64,000 nucleotides of DNA, from positions 25,763-89,762 of the forward strand of contig CAZGUM010000001.1 of the NCBI GenBank assembly GCA_964529085.1, read 5' to 3'. Origin of the DNA: an uncultured Methylomonas sp. Lineage in GTDB: Bacteria; Pseudomonadota; Gammaproteobacteria; Methylococcales; Methylomonadaceae. Position numbers and translations under genes: made by a program. The stretch's first letter is position 1. Each line of letters opens with the position of its first letter. Of this stretch, positions 36,825 to 46,367 are shown one piece after another. Below the pieces are notes generated by a model. That model was not told the origin of the DNA, did no database searches, and was given only the letters and a program-made list of their open reading frames with translations.

Positions 36825-39521
36825 ATAGGGACAATCATTAGTTTCCCAACCAGAACCATCATTCGGCGCTTGTTGGTAATCGTCAGTATAACAATCCTGC
36901 ACCCACTCCCAGACATTACCCGCCATATCGTAAAGTTTGAAATCATTTTTGTGTGTGGACTCTCCAACCGGATGAGTTTGTCCTTCAGAGTTGTCCGCAA
37001 ACCAAGCATAATTCTTGGCTTGTTGTTCGTCGTCTCCCCAAAAAAATCGGGAGTCATTGCCAGCTCGGGCGGCATATTCCCACTGCGCTTCCGTCGGCAG
37101 ATGAAATTTTTTGCCAGTCAGCACAGACAACCATTTTGCATAGCACGTCGCGTCATCCCAAAAAATGTAGATGGCGGGCATATCACCAAAGCCCCAATGA
37201 TTGTCATCTAGCTCGGGGTGCTGATATTTTGGACACTGAAAGTGATTCTGTCGGGTGTCATTGACGAATACTTGATACTCTGAAAACTTAGTTTCGTAGA
37301 CACCAATCGCGAACGGAGCAATAAAGGTTACCGAATGTCTTGGACCTTCAGCAGTTTCCGCATGACTATTGGTAATGTCTTCAGCGCTGGACCCCATTTG
37401 AAATGAGCTTGGCACTATGCGTTGCATTTCTGGCAGCCAGTCGGGTTTAACCCCGAATATCCCGTAACTGGTTCGTATCCACAGTGCACGAGCAGCCAGA
37501 TTCCAGGAAGCCTGATTCGGGGTTATCCAAAGCAGCTGAATCAGGGGCGCCATCAATAAGCCAATTCCCACTACCACTAGCGTGTATTGGCCGCGTTTCT
37601 GCCAGCGTTGCTGATGTTGGAGCTGCCGCTGACTCGCAATTATGAATCGTTTTTCTTCGCCATCGCCCGTTAAGTCGTTAGGACGTTCCCTTAACCACTG
37701 TAAGCCGCGTTCTAAGGGATAACCTTGCAATAACCACTTGGCTAATTGTTCTGACGGTGCGTTTTTAAGCTTAAGCTGTTGCCACTTTTCATATTGCTGA
37801 CGGATGGTCTGCCGCCAGATCAATACCTCGCGTTTGTCTTTCAGCGCCTCCTGTAAAGAAGGCCAATGTCGAATCAGGGCCTCATGCGCGACTTCCAGGG
37901 TTGGGCTGAGTTGGGGCGGGTCTTGGCTATTAGGTGGCTGATCCGCATCAACGTTATCGTTCCAGTTGCCAGAAGCTAATAACAGGTGGGATTTGATGAA
38001 CGGCTTTAAGCAGGCTTTTTCGGTCAAGTTAAAATCGGGTAGCGGCACGCGTTGGCGGGTGTCGCCGCCGTCTTCCTCGTTAGAGCTGACGCGGACCAAG
38101 CGGGTTAAGGCAGCCAGTGCCAATATCGGATCTGGCACTTTGTCGGATTGCAGAATTTTGTCGGCTTCGGCGCTGATGGCGCCTTCCAGTTTGCCGACCT
38201 GATTCTGATAGGCGCCCAGCTTTAACCAGCCCTGGCTTTGATAGTTCCATAACGAGGTCAGGGCGAACTCCAGCAAGGCCAGGTTGCCGGGTTTTTTACC
38301 GACGTCGTCGATGATGCGTTCCGGTAGACCGTCTTCGAAGTGTCCGCCCGCCAATTCAGCAGGTTTGACAATAATGTCGCGCAATTGGCTGTCTTGCAGT
38401 CGGCTGAGGGTGACGGTGCCTTTTTCGATCTTTTCCGCCAGCTTGGCGTGACGTTCGGTAACTGCGCCGTAGTAGTCGCCGCGTATGGTCAGCAATACCG
38501 AGCAATGATCGGTGTTGGCGGCGTTGAGTAGCAGCTCTACGAATAATTCAAAGTCGGTTTTGGGTTTGGGCTGTAGATCGTCAACGGTTTCCGGGTACAG
38601 ACTGTCGAAGTTGAGCAATTCTTCAAATTGATCGATGATCAGCAGTAACTTGTCGGCGTCATTGCTTTTCTTCAGGGTTTGCCGAATGCTATCGACCAGC
38701 GACAAGGTAGCGCGCAATGTGGCTTCGATGCCCGGGCGTTTTTCAACAATTTCATCGGCGCTGCTACCCCAGGATTCCAAGAACGCGGCGGCCAGATTGT
38801 GGAATGGGTTGGCATTATCCAGGGCCGGAATACAAACCAACACCTCCCAAGTAGGATCGGGCATATGTTGCTTGCGCAATAGCGGTATCAAACCTGCCCG
38901 CACCACCGACGATTTGCCAGTGCCGGAGTTGCCTACCAGCGCAATCAATGAGCTGGTCTTGATTTTGTCCAGCAGTTTTTTGGATTCATATTGGCGACCG
39001 AAAAACAGCGGCGCATCCTGTTCCTGAAAATAATTCAAGCCTCGATAGGGATTACGCAGTTCGTCGTTGGCGGGCAGGACATCCAAGGTTGTCGGCTGCC
39101 GTAATACATGCTGAGCCAGGCGGCCAAGACTTGCTGAATCGTAGCCCAAGCGTAGATCGAGGTAGCTGTTCAGCAGCAAAAAGCGAGGTGCTCTGATCAG
39201 GTCTGCGCCCGGCAGCAGAACTGGAATCACCAAAATATCCGCTTTGGGATTGGCCTGTAAATCCAAAGCCAGAATCATTTCCAAATTCTGCCAGCGCCCT
39301 AGCCCGTGTTGGCCATAAAAAACCGCGATGGCACGACTGCGGAGTAACGCGCTTTCAATTTCTTCAAACCAGCGTTTACCAAGAGTCAGGCTTTCCCTGT
39401 CCAAAAAAGCATTCAGCGCTTGTGGAAGCTGGATGAGCTGTTGACGTATCGATTGCACCTCGTTGCGATCCAGGCTGTTATAGCTGAGAAACAGGTCGTA
39501 TTGGGGGCTGATGTCGCTCAT
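36705..39521 (-). CDS. TIR - nSTAND1 NTPase - transmembrane - FGE-sulfatase/CLec protein
   Basis: YDLFLSYNS TIR; NPYRGL..F...DA..FFGR, GNSGTGKSS, LIIDQFEE, EVAHEALIRHW; TM YTLVVVGIGLLMAPLIQLLWI; LPTEAQWEYAARAG...RVMRGGSW...GFRLAQD. Confidence 0.9.
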   Translation of the reverse strand: MSDISPQYDLFLSYNSLDRNEVQSIRQQLIQLPQALNAFLDRESLTLGKRWFEEIESALLRSRAIAVFYGQHGLGRWQNLEMILALDLQANPKADILVIPVLLPGADLIRAPRFLLLNSYLDLRLGYDSASLGRLAQHVLRQPTTLDVLPANDELRNPYRGLNYFQEQDAPLFFGRQYESKKLLDKIKTSSLIALVGNSGTGKSSVVRAGLIPLLRKQHMPDPTWEVLVCIPALDNANPFHNLAAAFLESWGSSADEIVEKRPGIEATLRATLSLVDSIRQTLKKSNDADKLLLIIDQFEELLNFDSLYPETVDDLQPKPKTDFELFVELLLNAANTDHCSVLLTIRGDYYGAVTERHAKLAEKIEKGTVTLSRLQDSQLRDIIVKPAELAGGHFEDGLPERIIDDVGKKPGNLALLEFALTSLWNYQSQGWLKLGAYQNQVGKLEGAISAEADKILQSDKVPDPILALAALTRLVRVSSNEEDGGDTRQRVPLPDFNLTEKACLKPFIKSHLLLASGNWNDNVDADQPPNSQDPPQLSPTLEVAHEALIRHWPSLQEALKDKREVLIWRQTIRQQYEKWQQLKLKNAPSEQLAKWLLQGYPLERGLQWLRERPNDLTGDGEEKRFIIASQRQLQHQQRWQKRGQYTLVVVGIGLLMAPLIQLLWITPNQASWNLAARALWIRTSYGIFGVKPDWLPEMQRIVPSSFQMGSSAEDITNSHAETAEGPRHSVTFIAPFAIGVYETKFSEYQVFVNDTRQNHFQCPKYQHPELDDNHWGFGDMPAIYIFWDDATCYAKWLSVLTGKKFHLPTEAQWEYAARAGNDSRFFWGDDEQQAKNYAWFADNSEGQTHPVGESTHKNDFKLYDMAGNVWEWVQDCYTDDYQQAPNDGSGWETNDCPYRVMRGGSWGSKQDDLRSALRGGEDYDFRSNIIGFRLAQD

Positions 39522-39921
39522 TGAATTGAGTCTTAATACTGAGTTTGAGTTTTGGCTTAAATTTAGTGTTTCCGATCGATAGAGCCAGTTTGCTTTGGCT
39601 CTAGACTGTAAAGAGAGATGTATCTCAATGCAAATTTTTTGCGGATAATAGGAAACGTATTAATCGGGCGTGGAATAGGCTGCGAGTGTGTACGAACATA
39701 GCCCTGTTAACTTTTAGTGAGTATGTTGCTATCGCAAAATAATCAATCATTCAGATCAACAGGGTATCAGGTGGAAAATTTATGGGGTATCTTTGGTTGC
39801 GGATCACCGCTTCAGAGCAAACCGTGCAATTTGCCGTCCAAACTGCATTTGATGCCTGAACAAGCAGCACTACGCAATTCGATATCAACCGTCTTCACTT
39901 TGGAAGGAATGTCTGCGACTG

Positions 39922-40554
39922 ATGAATCTTTTATCTTTTAAGCTAACCACGGATTCCGGCCTGCAAATTGAAATTGCAACCGTTTTAGTGCTTGCATTGC
40001 TGGTCGTTCTGTTGGGAATGCTCTATTTCCGCCGACGCCACCTTTTTGGTAAGACCAGCTATTTTGAAGTCAATGAAGCTGAAATCGGCATTGGCAACGC
40101 TAGACTTAAACTGAAAGCCAACATCGAGGATATCCAGATTGGTTTCAAGTTCTGGACCGAGTTAACGACCCGAAAAATCGGTCTGCCGCTCGACGAGGAA
40201 CATGATGTGGTCGTTGAGGTTTATGACTCGTGGTACGCGTTTTTCGGCATAGCACGGGAAATGATCAAATCGATTCCGGTCTCAAAAATCCAGTCCAGTG
40301 AGACCTCCAAGGAATTGGTCTTAATCTCCATCCATATTCTCAACGAGGAACTTCGCCCCCACCTAACGCGATGGCAAGCCCGATACCGCCGCTGGTGGAA
40401 TAGCGCGATAGAGGATCCGACGAATAAGGATGTGACGCCGCAGGAACTGCAACGTAAATACCCAGAGTACCAGAAGCTGATGACTGAAATGAAAGCGGTC
40501 AACCTTAAATTGGTCACATATACCAATCATCTTCGTAAATTGATTGATATTTAG
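39922..40554 (+). CDS. Hypothetical protein with N-terminal membrane anchor
   Basis: One TM helix followed by a helical domain (ELTTRK...YDSWY..F...R...LRPHLTRWQA). Confidence 0.7.
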   Translation: MNLLSFKLTTDSGLQIEIATVLVLALLVVLLGMLYFRRRHLFGKTSYFEVNEAEIGIGNARLKLKANIEDIQIGFKFWTELTTRKIGLPLDEEHDVVVEVYDSWYAFFGIAREMIKSIPVSKIQSSETSKELVLISIHILNEELRPHLTRWQARYRRWWNSAIEDPTNKDVTPQELQRKYPEYQKLMTEMKAVNLKLVTYTNHLRKLIDI

Positions 40555-40963
40555 CCCCCCAGATTGCCAAGCATTGCTTTCGAATTTGGTTCTACGGGAA
40601 AAATTTGCAGCCTTACATTGGGACATTACTGAACTCCCTCTCCAAAACCCGTTGCCGGGTCAAACATGTGTTTTCTTTGACTGCACAATAGGGTGGCATT
40701 GAGCTCCCTGCGTATGCTGGCCTGCGGCGAGGCACTCATCATAAGTAGGTTTTCAACATGCAGTTTTTTGTACGCTCTGATGTTTAGCTGCGTCTCAATA
40801 GACAATATCTGGTTTGAATCGTCCCTGATTTAAAGAGGATGGACGCGGAAAATTCATTTTTGTGGGCGTTTTATCTATTAAACCTGCACTTTCATTCACT
40901 ATTTGAGGTTCAATTCAGTAGCCGCTTTAAACAATTTTAATGTCCGCTTTCAAAAAAATTTAA

Positions 40964-41017
40964 TGTCTGCTCATGGCCGAACTTGCTCTGTCGGGATTGA
41001 AGGAGCATCGCCGACCC
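40964..41017 (+). repeat. 54-nt direct repeat, copy 2 (right of the conflict cassette)
   Basis: 42/54 identity to 28409-28462. Confidence 0.75.
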
Positions 41018-41061
41018 TTGGAGCACGCCAATCAAGATGGCGTCTCCAAGGCAGCCAAAGA

Positions 41062-41177
41062 TTACTAGTAACAACAAACTAACTAAAGAAAAAAATTATC
41101 CTGTTTTAGCCCCAATGACGGGCTAAAACAGGGGTTTTTGATGGAAATTTTTCGTTTAGTTAGTTGGTTCCTAGTAA
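41062..41177. repeat. Long imperfect palindrome containing a terminator-like core
   Basis: TTACTAG..AACTAACTAAA..CCTGTTTTAGCCC / GGGCTAAAACAGG..TTTAGTTAGTT..CTAGTAA. Confidence 0.7.
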
Positions 41178-41182
41178 GCTTA

Positions 41183-42955
41183 TTACGAAGCCAAGGCCAA
41201 ACCGTTGTCAGGTAGTCCATCCCAATCCAAAGACCGGACAGAGCCTTGATCATCAGCCAACAAGGCATCCGGATCAATGCCGTGCTGGGCTAATACGGCA
41301 TGCATCGCTCCCGTTAACAGGGTGTTCCCTTGCTCGCGTTCCGACTCACCGCCATGCTTGATCGCCCAGAACGGATTAAACCGATACTGCCGGCCATCCC
41401 GTTTACACTGCTTGTTGACTTCGGCATGAAACGCCTTATCAAACTTTTCCGCCTGGTCGAACTGCTTCCAGAAGCCTTTACCCGCTTGCGCGTCCGCCGG
41501 CGGCAACCAACGGCGATGCCGGCCGACCAATCGGTTCATGCGGTCAATCAGGGTTTTGCTGTTCGGAAAGAAATGGATGGTGCCGATGCCCGGATAATAG
41601 CGCACGTCAAAGTAACTGCCGCTGACTCGCTCGCCGTTGCGTAGCCGATGAAAGTGGTGCTGAAACACCGCTTCCAAGCCGACCTCAGCCTCAATCTTAC
41701 CATCCAGTAACGCAAACACCTCATCGAAGTCCGCCAATAGTCGTTGCGATTCCCAGTTCAAACCGTTCTGGTATGAACTCGATCCATGACCCGGCAGAAT
41801 GAAGCGGGTGGTCTTGATCCTCATCCCCAACGTGCGGTGTTGGTCATTGCTTTTCCAGCCCATGAAGTAGACGGTATTGTCACTGTAATAGCGGGTGATC
41901 AGATCGAACACATCGCAGATCATCGCCAGTTGTATATCGCCTTGCTGATCGATGATGCCTTGCAGAAAGCCGTAGATATTCGGCACGGTAAACTCCAAAG
42001 ACTTCACCGTTTCGAAATCTGCCTCCAAGCGTTTTTGCGCCGCCGACGACAAACGCGAGGTGACTTGAGTGGAGCGCAAGATACTGGACCAGGCCCGATT
42101 CTTCAGATCGTGATAGCGTTTGAACAGCGCATGCTTCACCGCCTCCGATGACGACTCGTCGTCACTGCCGCTACTCCTGACACCGCCGCCATTCAGTTCA
42201 CCAAGCGTTTTACCCATCATCACCCGATAGCGGCTGGCACGGGCTTCGCTCATGACGGCTTGCCGTGCCGCTTCCACGGCCGCATTGAACATCAACACCG
42301 CGTTGTCGATAAAGGCATTCGGCAAGGCCAATTCATGCGGCGCTTGAAAATCGCCCGCCAAGTCGTCCGCATCCCGACGATCCCGGCGTAAGTCCGCCAA
42401 AATACTGCCGAGAATGTCCTGTTCGAAAGTTGAGGTCTTCTGCAACCAGACCAGGGCGACTTCGACCGGCGTTTTACGCGCCGCGTCATCACCTGTAAAC
42501 ATCTCCTGTAAGAACTCAACCTCGCCATGTTGCTCGATCAAGTGAACTAAGAATTGCCGTTCCTTGGAAAAAGGATTTTTCACCGTTTCAGCATTGAGAA
42601 TAGCGACGATTTCGCCATCGAACAAAATCTCCCAGGCTTTCAACACATGGTGGACACCGTCGGCAAACGGCGGATTCATGATGATGTGCGAATAGACACT
42701 GCCGCTTTGAAATTGCAGAAAATCCATGCCTACCACCGCATAACCTTCTTCGCGCAAGGTCGCATGTTTACTAATATCGATCTCGATGCAATCGATTAGC
42801 AGGCGTTTTCCGTACTGGCAGGGACCAGGACGCAGCAAATGCCCTTCGCCCGCTGAAGGTTCCAATACCCGTGTGAAATGCGGATTCTTGAACATCGCCC
42901 ACGCTTTACGGCTTAATGCTTCCGGCGTGGGGTAATATTGATAGTCGTCTGTCAT
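41183..42955 (-). CDS. DUF4942-type protein with N-terminal class I (amino-)methyltransferase domain
   Basis: YYPTP, VLEPSAGEG, IIMNPPF; C-terminal YFDVRYYPGIGTIHF. Confidence 0.8.
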   Translation of the reverse strand: MTDDYQYYPTPEALSRKAWAMFKNPHFTRVLEPSAGEGHLLRPGPCQYGKRLLIDCIEIDISKHATLREEGYAVVGMDFLQFQSGSVYSHIIMNPPFADGVHHVLKAWEILFDGEIVAILNAETVKNPFSKERQFLVHLIEQHGEVEFLQEMFTGDDAARKTPVEVALVWLQKTSTFEQDILGSILADLRRDRRDADDLAGDFQAPHELALPNAFIDNAVLMFNAAVEAARQAVMSEARASRYRVMMGKTLGELNGGGVRSSGSDDESSSEAVKHALFKRYHDLKNRAWSSILRSTQVTSRLSSAAQKRLEADFETVKSLEFTVPNIYGFLQGIIDQQGDIQLAMICDVFDLITRYYSDNTVYFMGWKSNDQHRTLGMRIKTTRFILPGHGSSSYQNGLNWESQRLLADFDEVFALLDGKIEAEVGLEAVFQHHFHRLRNGERVSGSYFDVRYYPGIGTIHFFPNSKTLIDRMNRLVGRHRRWLPPADAQAGKGFWKQFDQAEKFDKAFHAEVNKQCKRDGRQYRFNPFWAIKHGGESEREQGNTLLTGAMHAVLAQHGIDPDALLADDQGSVRSLDWDGLPDNGLALAS

Positions 42956-43110
42956 GGCGTTCTCTTGTGAATCGCGAAAACGCCAGATCCCCTGCGGGTG
43001 TCTGGCATTCCCGGAGGGGTTAATAAACGCTGATTACGGCCAAACATCGGCCAATACAGCAGGATTCAATGGATTTAGGTCGGCTACCCGCCTTAAGCTT
43101 GAGCCGGCCC

Positions 43111-44040
43111 TTACAGCATCCTAGTTTTCGCTTCCAGTTTTGCCGCTAACGGCTCTAACACTAAGGGTTCTGTTCCGGTTGTCGCCGATGTCACTCTTTC
43201 GTCGGCCCTGCCGTTTCCACTATTCATCAGGTCAGCGGTATCGATGGGAAAAAACTCGTCCACCACGGTACTGCCATCTTCCTCATTGTCTTCAAAAGCC
43301 CCATTGCTAAAACCTTGTCGTGCCGCCTGATCAAGCGCCGCTTGATCGAAGCCGGCCGCCTGCCGTTGTTCGTCCAGTCGTTGCGCCTCTTGAATCGCGG
43401 CTTCCAGGGTTTGTTCACCGCGCAAGGTAAGATCGACATAGTAGATCGCCGAGCCATGGCTTTGACGGGTAGATTTGCCGCGCAATTTCAGTTCCAACGG
43501 CAGACAGGCCAAGCGATTTCCGGACACGGCTTTGAAGTATTCCAGTCGGGCCGCAAGGGTACGAATGCTATTGAAGCCGGTGGTTCGGAAGATAAAACTG
43601 CCCAAGGGATCGTCGTCGCCAATCAATACGTTCAGACGGCCAAAGGGTTTGCAAGCCCCACCTTTAGCCAACTCGCAGCCGTCCGGTGCTGGGCAAGGCA
43701 AACTGACCAGACCCTCCTGAGTGCGGCGTTTACAGCTTTCGCCGTTGCCGACACAGACGGGTCGGCCAGTCTGCCGGTCGAATAAGCTGTATTCAGCGCG
43801 AAAGTTCAAATCCGGTTCGTTGAATAACAAACGAATCGGGATACTGCGGATTTTGCCGGCTTGCTGTTTACGCAAGCTGTCATCCAAGGGATGAGGAATC
43901 CAACCGTCCTTGTTTTGTAACTGGCTGGTGATGGTGAATTGATCGTCTTTCTCCGGTAAACGTTTACCGTTCTTTTCGACGACCTTGCCGATGGCAATCC
44001 GCCCAAGTATCGGCGGGGTAATGGCTAAGCCTTTTAACAT
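43111..44040 (-). CDS. Island recombination-module protein (Gp3/RDF-like, Cys-containing)
   Basis: MLKGLAITPPILGRIAIG; C-x5-C and CPAPDGC...CKP; FRTTGFNS. Confidence 0.7.
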   Translation of the reverse strand: MLKGLAITPPILGRIAIGKVVEKNGKRLPEKDDQFTITSQLQNKDGWIPHPLDDSLRKQQAGKIRSIPIRLLFNEPDLNFRAEYSLFDRQTGRPVCVGNGESCKRRTQEGLVSLPCPAPDGCELAKGGACKPFGRLNVLIGDDDPLGSFIFRTTGFNSIRTLAARLEYFKAVSGNRLACLPLELKLRGKSTRQSHGSAIYYVDLTLRGEQTLEAAIQEAQRLDEQRQAAGFDQAALDQAARQGFSNGAFEDNEEDGSTVVDEFFPIDTADLMNSGNGRADERVTSATTGTEPLVLEPLAAKLEAKTRML

Positions 44041-44159
44041 GGGAATCTCCTGATAGAAATGAAGACCTAGGAAGACCGGACGCTGTGTTACAACGTCCGG
44101 TCTATCCGCGTGGTCGTTACGGTGACTGTGTGAAAGTGAGTGGCAGGCTTTGCTGTGGG

Positions 44160-45170
44160 CTACTGAATCAAGAAACGCCGGCTACCGGTTTTGATGGTTG
44201 AATACTGTGCCAACAATGTCGGCTGCTCCTGTAACAAGCGCTTGGTATCCAGCACCTGACTATCCTTGGCTTTCTTCCAGGTCACCGTGCCGGTCTCGAA
44301 TACCGCCTTGCTGGCTTCGCCCATGGCTTGCAGCAAGGCTTGTTTCAACTTGGCTTCCTGGGTTTCCAGGTCTGCCAAACTGAGTCGAACTTGTACCAAA
44401 TCGGTAAAGGTGGCAGACAGTGTGACATCCTGGCTGAAATCGACGGTTTGTCCAGAGTCCTGAGGATACAAACAGCGCAAGGCCAGTTCCGCCGATTCCG
44501 AACCATCCGCCGGCGGTGGCGTATCGGTTTCCACGTACTGCCAGAAGTGCCGTTCCAGTTGAATTAGTCGACCAATCAAGCCTTCATCGCGTGGGATGCG
44601 ATGGATTTCCAGTTCTTGTCCACCCAGTAACACCGCGACATCCGCCGAGGCTTTACCGGTCACCGCCAGTTGATGCTGTACCTGGAGTTGTACATATTCC
44701 GGTACGCCATCGCGCCACAATCGGGCGCCGTTGAGTCCGGCGGTCTTGCATTCCAGTATCTGCACCTCGTCGCTACCGACTACTTCGCGGTCAATATTGG
44801 CCAGCATCCACAGCAAACTGGGATGCGGATGTTGCAGCACGGCATTGATGCGTCGGACCTTGTGACCGGTTCGACGGCTGTAATGCGCGGCGACGATGGG
44901 CTCTAACAGATTACCCCAGTACGTGGGGCTGGTTTCATCGTGAGGATCGGTTTTCGGCAGATTGCCGTCTCGGCCAGTTTTTTCCAGCCACAGTTCCAGC
45001 TGGGATTTGTAAGGATTTAATCCGACTGCCGCAGCGGCGTCGGAACTGCCGATGCCGCGCTTACGCACGGCCAGCCAATCCTCGCGCGGCATATCCTTGG
45101 TTTTGACCAGACGTAAGGCCGGCTTGGCCTGTCGGGTTGGTGTTGGTGTTTGTAAAGCGGTTTCGGTCAT
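44160..45170 (-). CDS. YqaJ-family (lambda-exonuclease-like) recombinase
   Basis: WLAVRKRGIGSSDAA, LANIDR, ILECKT, YVQLQVQHQL; GGAGG RBS before ATG 45170. Confidence 0.9.
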   Translation of the reverse strand: MTETALQTPTPTRQAKPALRLVKTKDMPREDWLAVRKRGIGSSDAAAAVGLNPYKSQLELWLEKTGRDGNLPKTDPHDETSPTYWGNLLEPIVAAHYSRRTGHKVRRINAVLQHPHPSLLWMLANIDREVVGSDEVQILECKTAGLNGARLWRDGVPEYVQLQVQHQLAVTGKASADVAVLLGGQELEIHRIPRDEGLIGRLIQLERHFWQYVETDTPPPADGSESAELALRCLYPQDSGQTVDFSQDVTLSATFTDLVQVRLSLADLETQEAKLKQALLQAMGEASKAVFETGTVTWKKAKDSQVLDTKRLLQEQPTLLAQYSTIKTGSRRFLIQ

Positions 45171-45262
45171 GATGACCTCCTGAGAAGGGTTAAATAAGGT
45201 TAAAAACGAAGCCTTGGCAACAGGCGGGTTGTAACGAAAGCTCAAACTCAGCCCCCAAAACA

Positions 45263-45297
45263 AAAACGCCCGGTCGGAAAACCGACCAGGCGTTTTG
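45263..45297 (-). terminator. Hairpin between the DUF932 and YqaJ genes
   Basis: AAAACGCCCGGTCGG-AAAA-CCGACCAGGCGTTTT. Confidence 0.55.
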
Positions 45298-45381
45298 TCA
45301 GGGGTGCAGTTAGGTTGTGCTACTTGTGCCAAGTTTGGCGTGCTGGGCGTGTTAAAGCGTCGATGAGCTTTTAACAATGGC

Positions 45382-46353
45382 TCATGCCGCCAACAATAAG
45401 GCCGTATCCAGAGCCTTCTGTTTGATGGTTGCCCCTTGGCCGAACCAGGCCGAATCCATCCGGTGTTCGATACTACGCGCCCGCTTTTCGTGGTCGACGT
45501 ATTCGGTGACGGCGTTCAGCAAACCCCAGGCAGTGCCTTTGGCCGATTCCAGCTCGGCTCCCCGGCCTTGGCCGTCGTACAGGCTTTGTACCTTGGTCAA
45601 GGCCCGTTCGTTGACCAGCGTGACCGGCTCGCCGGCAGAAGTCGCCGCGTTATCGCACAACACTTTCAGGAAGTAGTTCATCGCTTCATGGGTTTTAACT
45701 TTACGTTCCGAAAGGGTGCGCATCCGGTACATGAAGGCATCCCATTGCGAGACCGCCACGCCTAACTGCTGTTTGACCGCCTGAGCATCGAATCGGGTGC
45801 TGTGCGGCACCTTGATCGCTTGCGTGGCGCCGTTGACCGCAATAGTCAGGGTGTTATTACAAACCACGCGGATCGTGGTCGGTGTCGCGGTTGTCGCCAA
45901 TGTGCCGTCACAGGAGGTCGCCAACAGCAAATAACCATGTACCAGATCGTTGCCTTTCAGGGCAGCGGCTTGTCCGGTCTTGGCCAGGGCCCAGAACTTC
46001 TTACCGCCTTTCAACACCCCGGCTGTTTCCAGTTCATAACCCGCGACTTCGGTTAAATCCCGATAGAACTCCAGCACTTCACGTGGCTGTACCACTTGGT
46101 AACGTTTCGATACTACCGACAAGGCTTGTTTGGAATCGGAACGGTATAACACCTTGTGTTCCAGAAACGATTGAATCGCCCCCAGATGGCCGGCAGTGTC
46201 GGTCATGAAGCGCACCGGCGATTCTTCAATGTGCCAGTCCATGCCGGCTTGATGGGCCCAGACCTCCAAGGGTTGTTTAGGGGCTAACAGATTACCTAAA
46301 CCATGCCAGGGCTGGGCCCCGACATAGGCCATTTGTTCGACTAAATGTGCCAT
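45382..46353 (-). CDS. DUF932 phage/plasmid-like protein
   Basis: MAYVGAQPWHGLG, ETAGVLKGG, IRVVCNNTL, GTAWGLLNAVTEYVDH. Confidence 0.88.
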   Translation of the reverse strand: MAHLVEQMAYVGAQPWHGLGNLLAPKQPLEVWAHQAGMDWHIEESPVRFMTDTAGHLGAIQSFLEHKVLYRSDSKQALSVVSKRYQVVQPREVLEFYRDLTEVAGYELETAGVLKGGKKFWALAKTGQAAALKGNDLVHGYLLLATSCDGTLATTATPTTIRVVCNNTLTIAVNGATQAIKVPHSTRFDAQAVKQQLGVAVSQWDAFMYRMRTLSERKVKTHEAMNYFLKVLCDNAATSAGEPVTLVNERALTKVQSLYDGQGRGAELESAKGTAWGLLNAVTEYVDHEKRARSIEHRMDSAWFGQGATIKQKALDTALLLAA

Positions 46354-46367
46354 GATCGTCTCCCCAG

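Noticed and set aside
33700-37400. FGE domains as true formylglycine-generating enzymes
   Set aside because: The catalytic Cys pair after RGGSW is absent and there is no sulfatase nearby; better read as CLec-fold binding domains
28696-39521. Calling the TIR genes Thoeris, CBASS or Pycsar
   Set aside because: No ThsA (SIR2/Macro), cyclase or CD-NTase in the window; the context is MoxR-vWA/STAND
45171-45377. Long N-terminal extension of YqaJ in the ORF track
   Set aside because: It spans a terminator-like hairpin; a strong RBS supports the start at 45170
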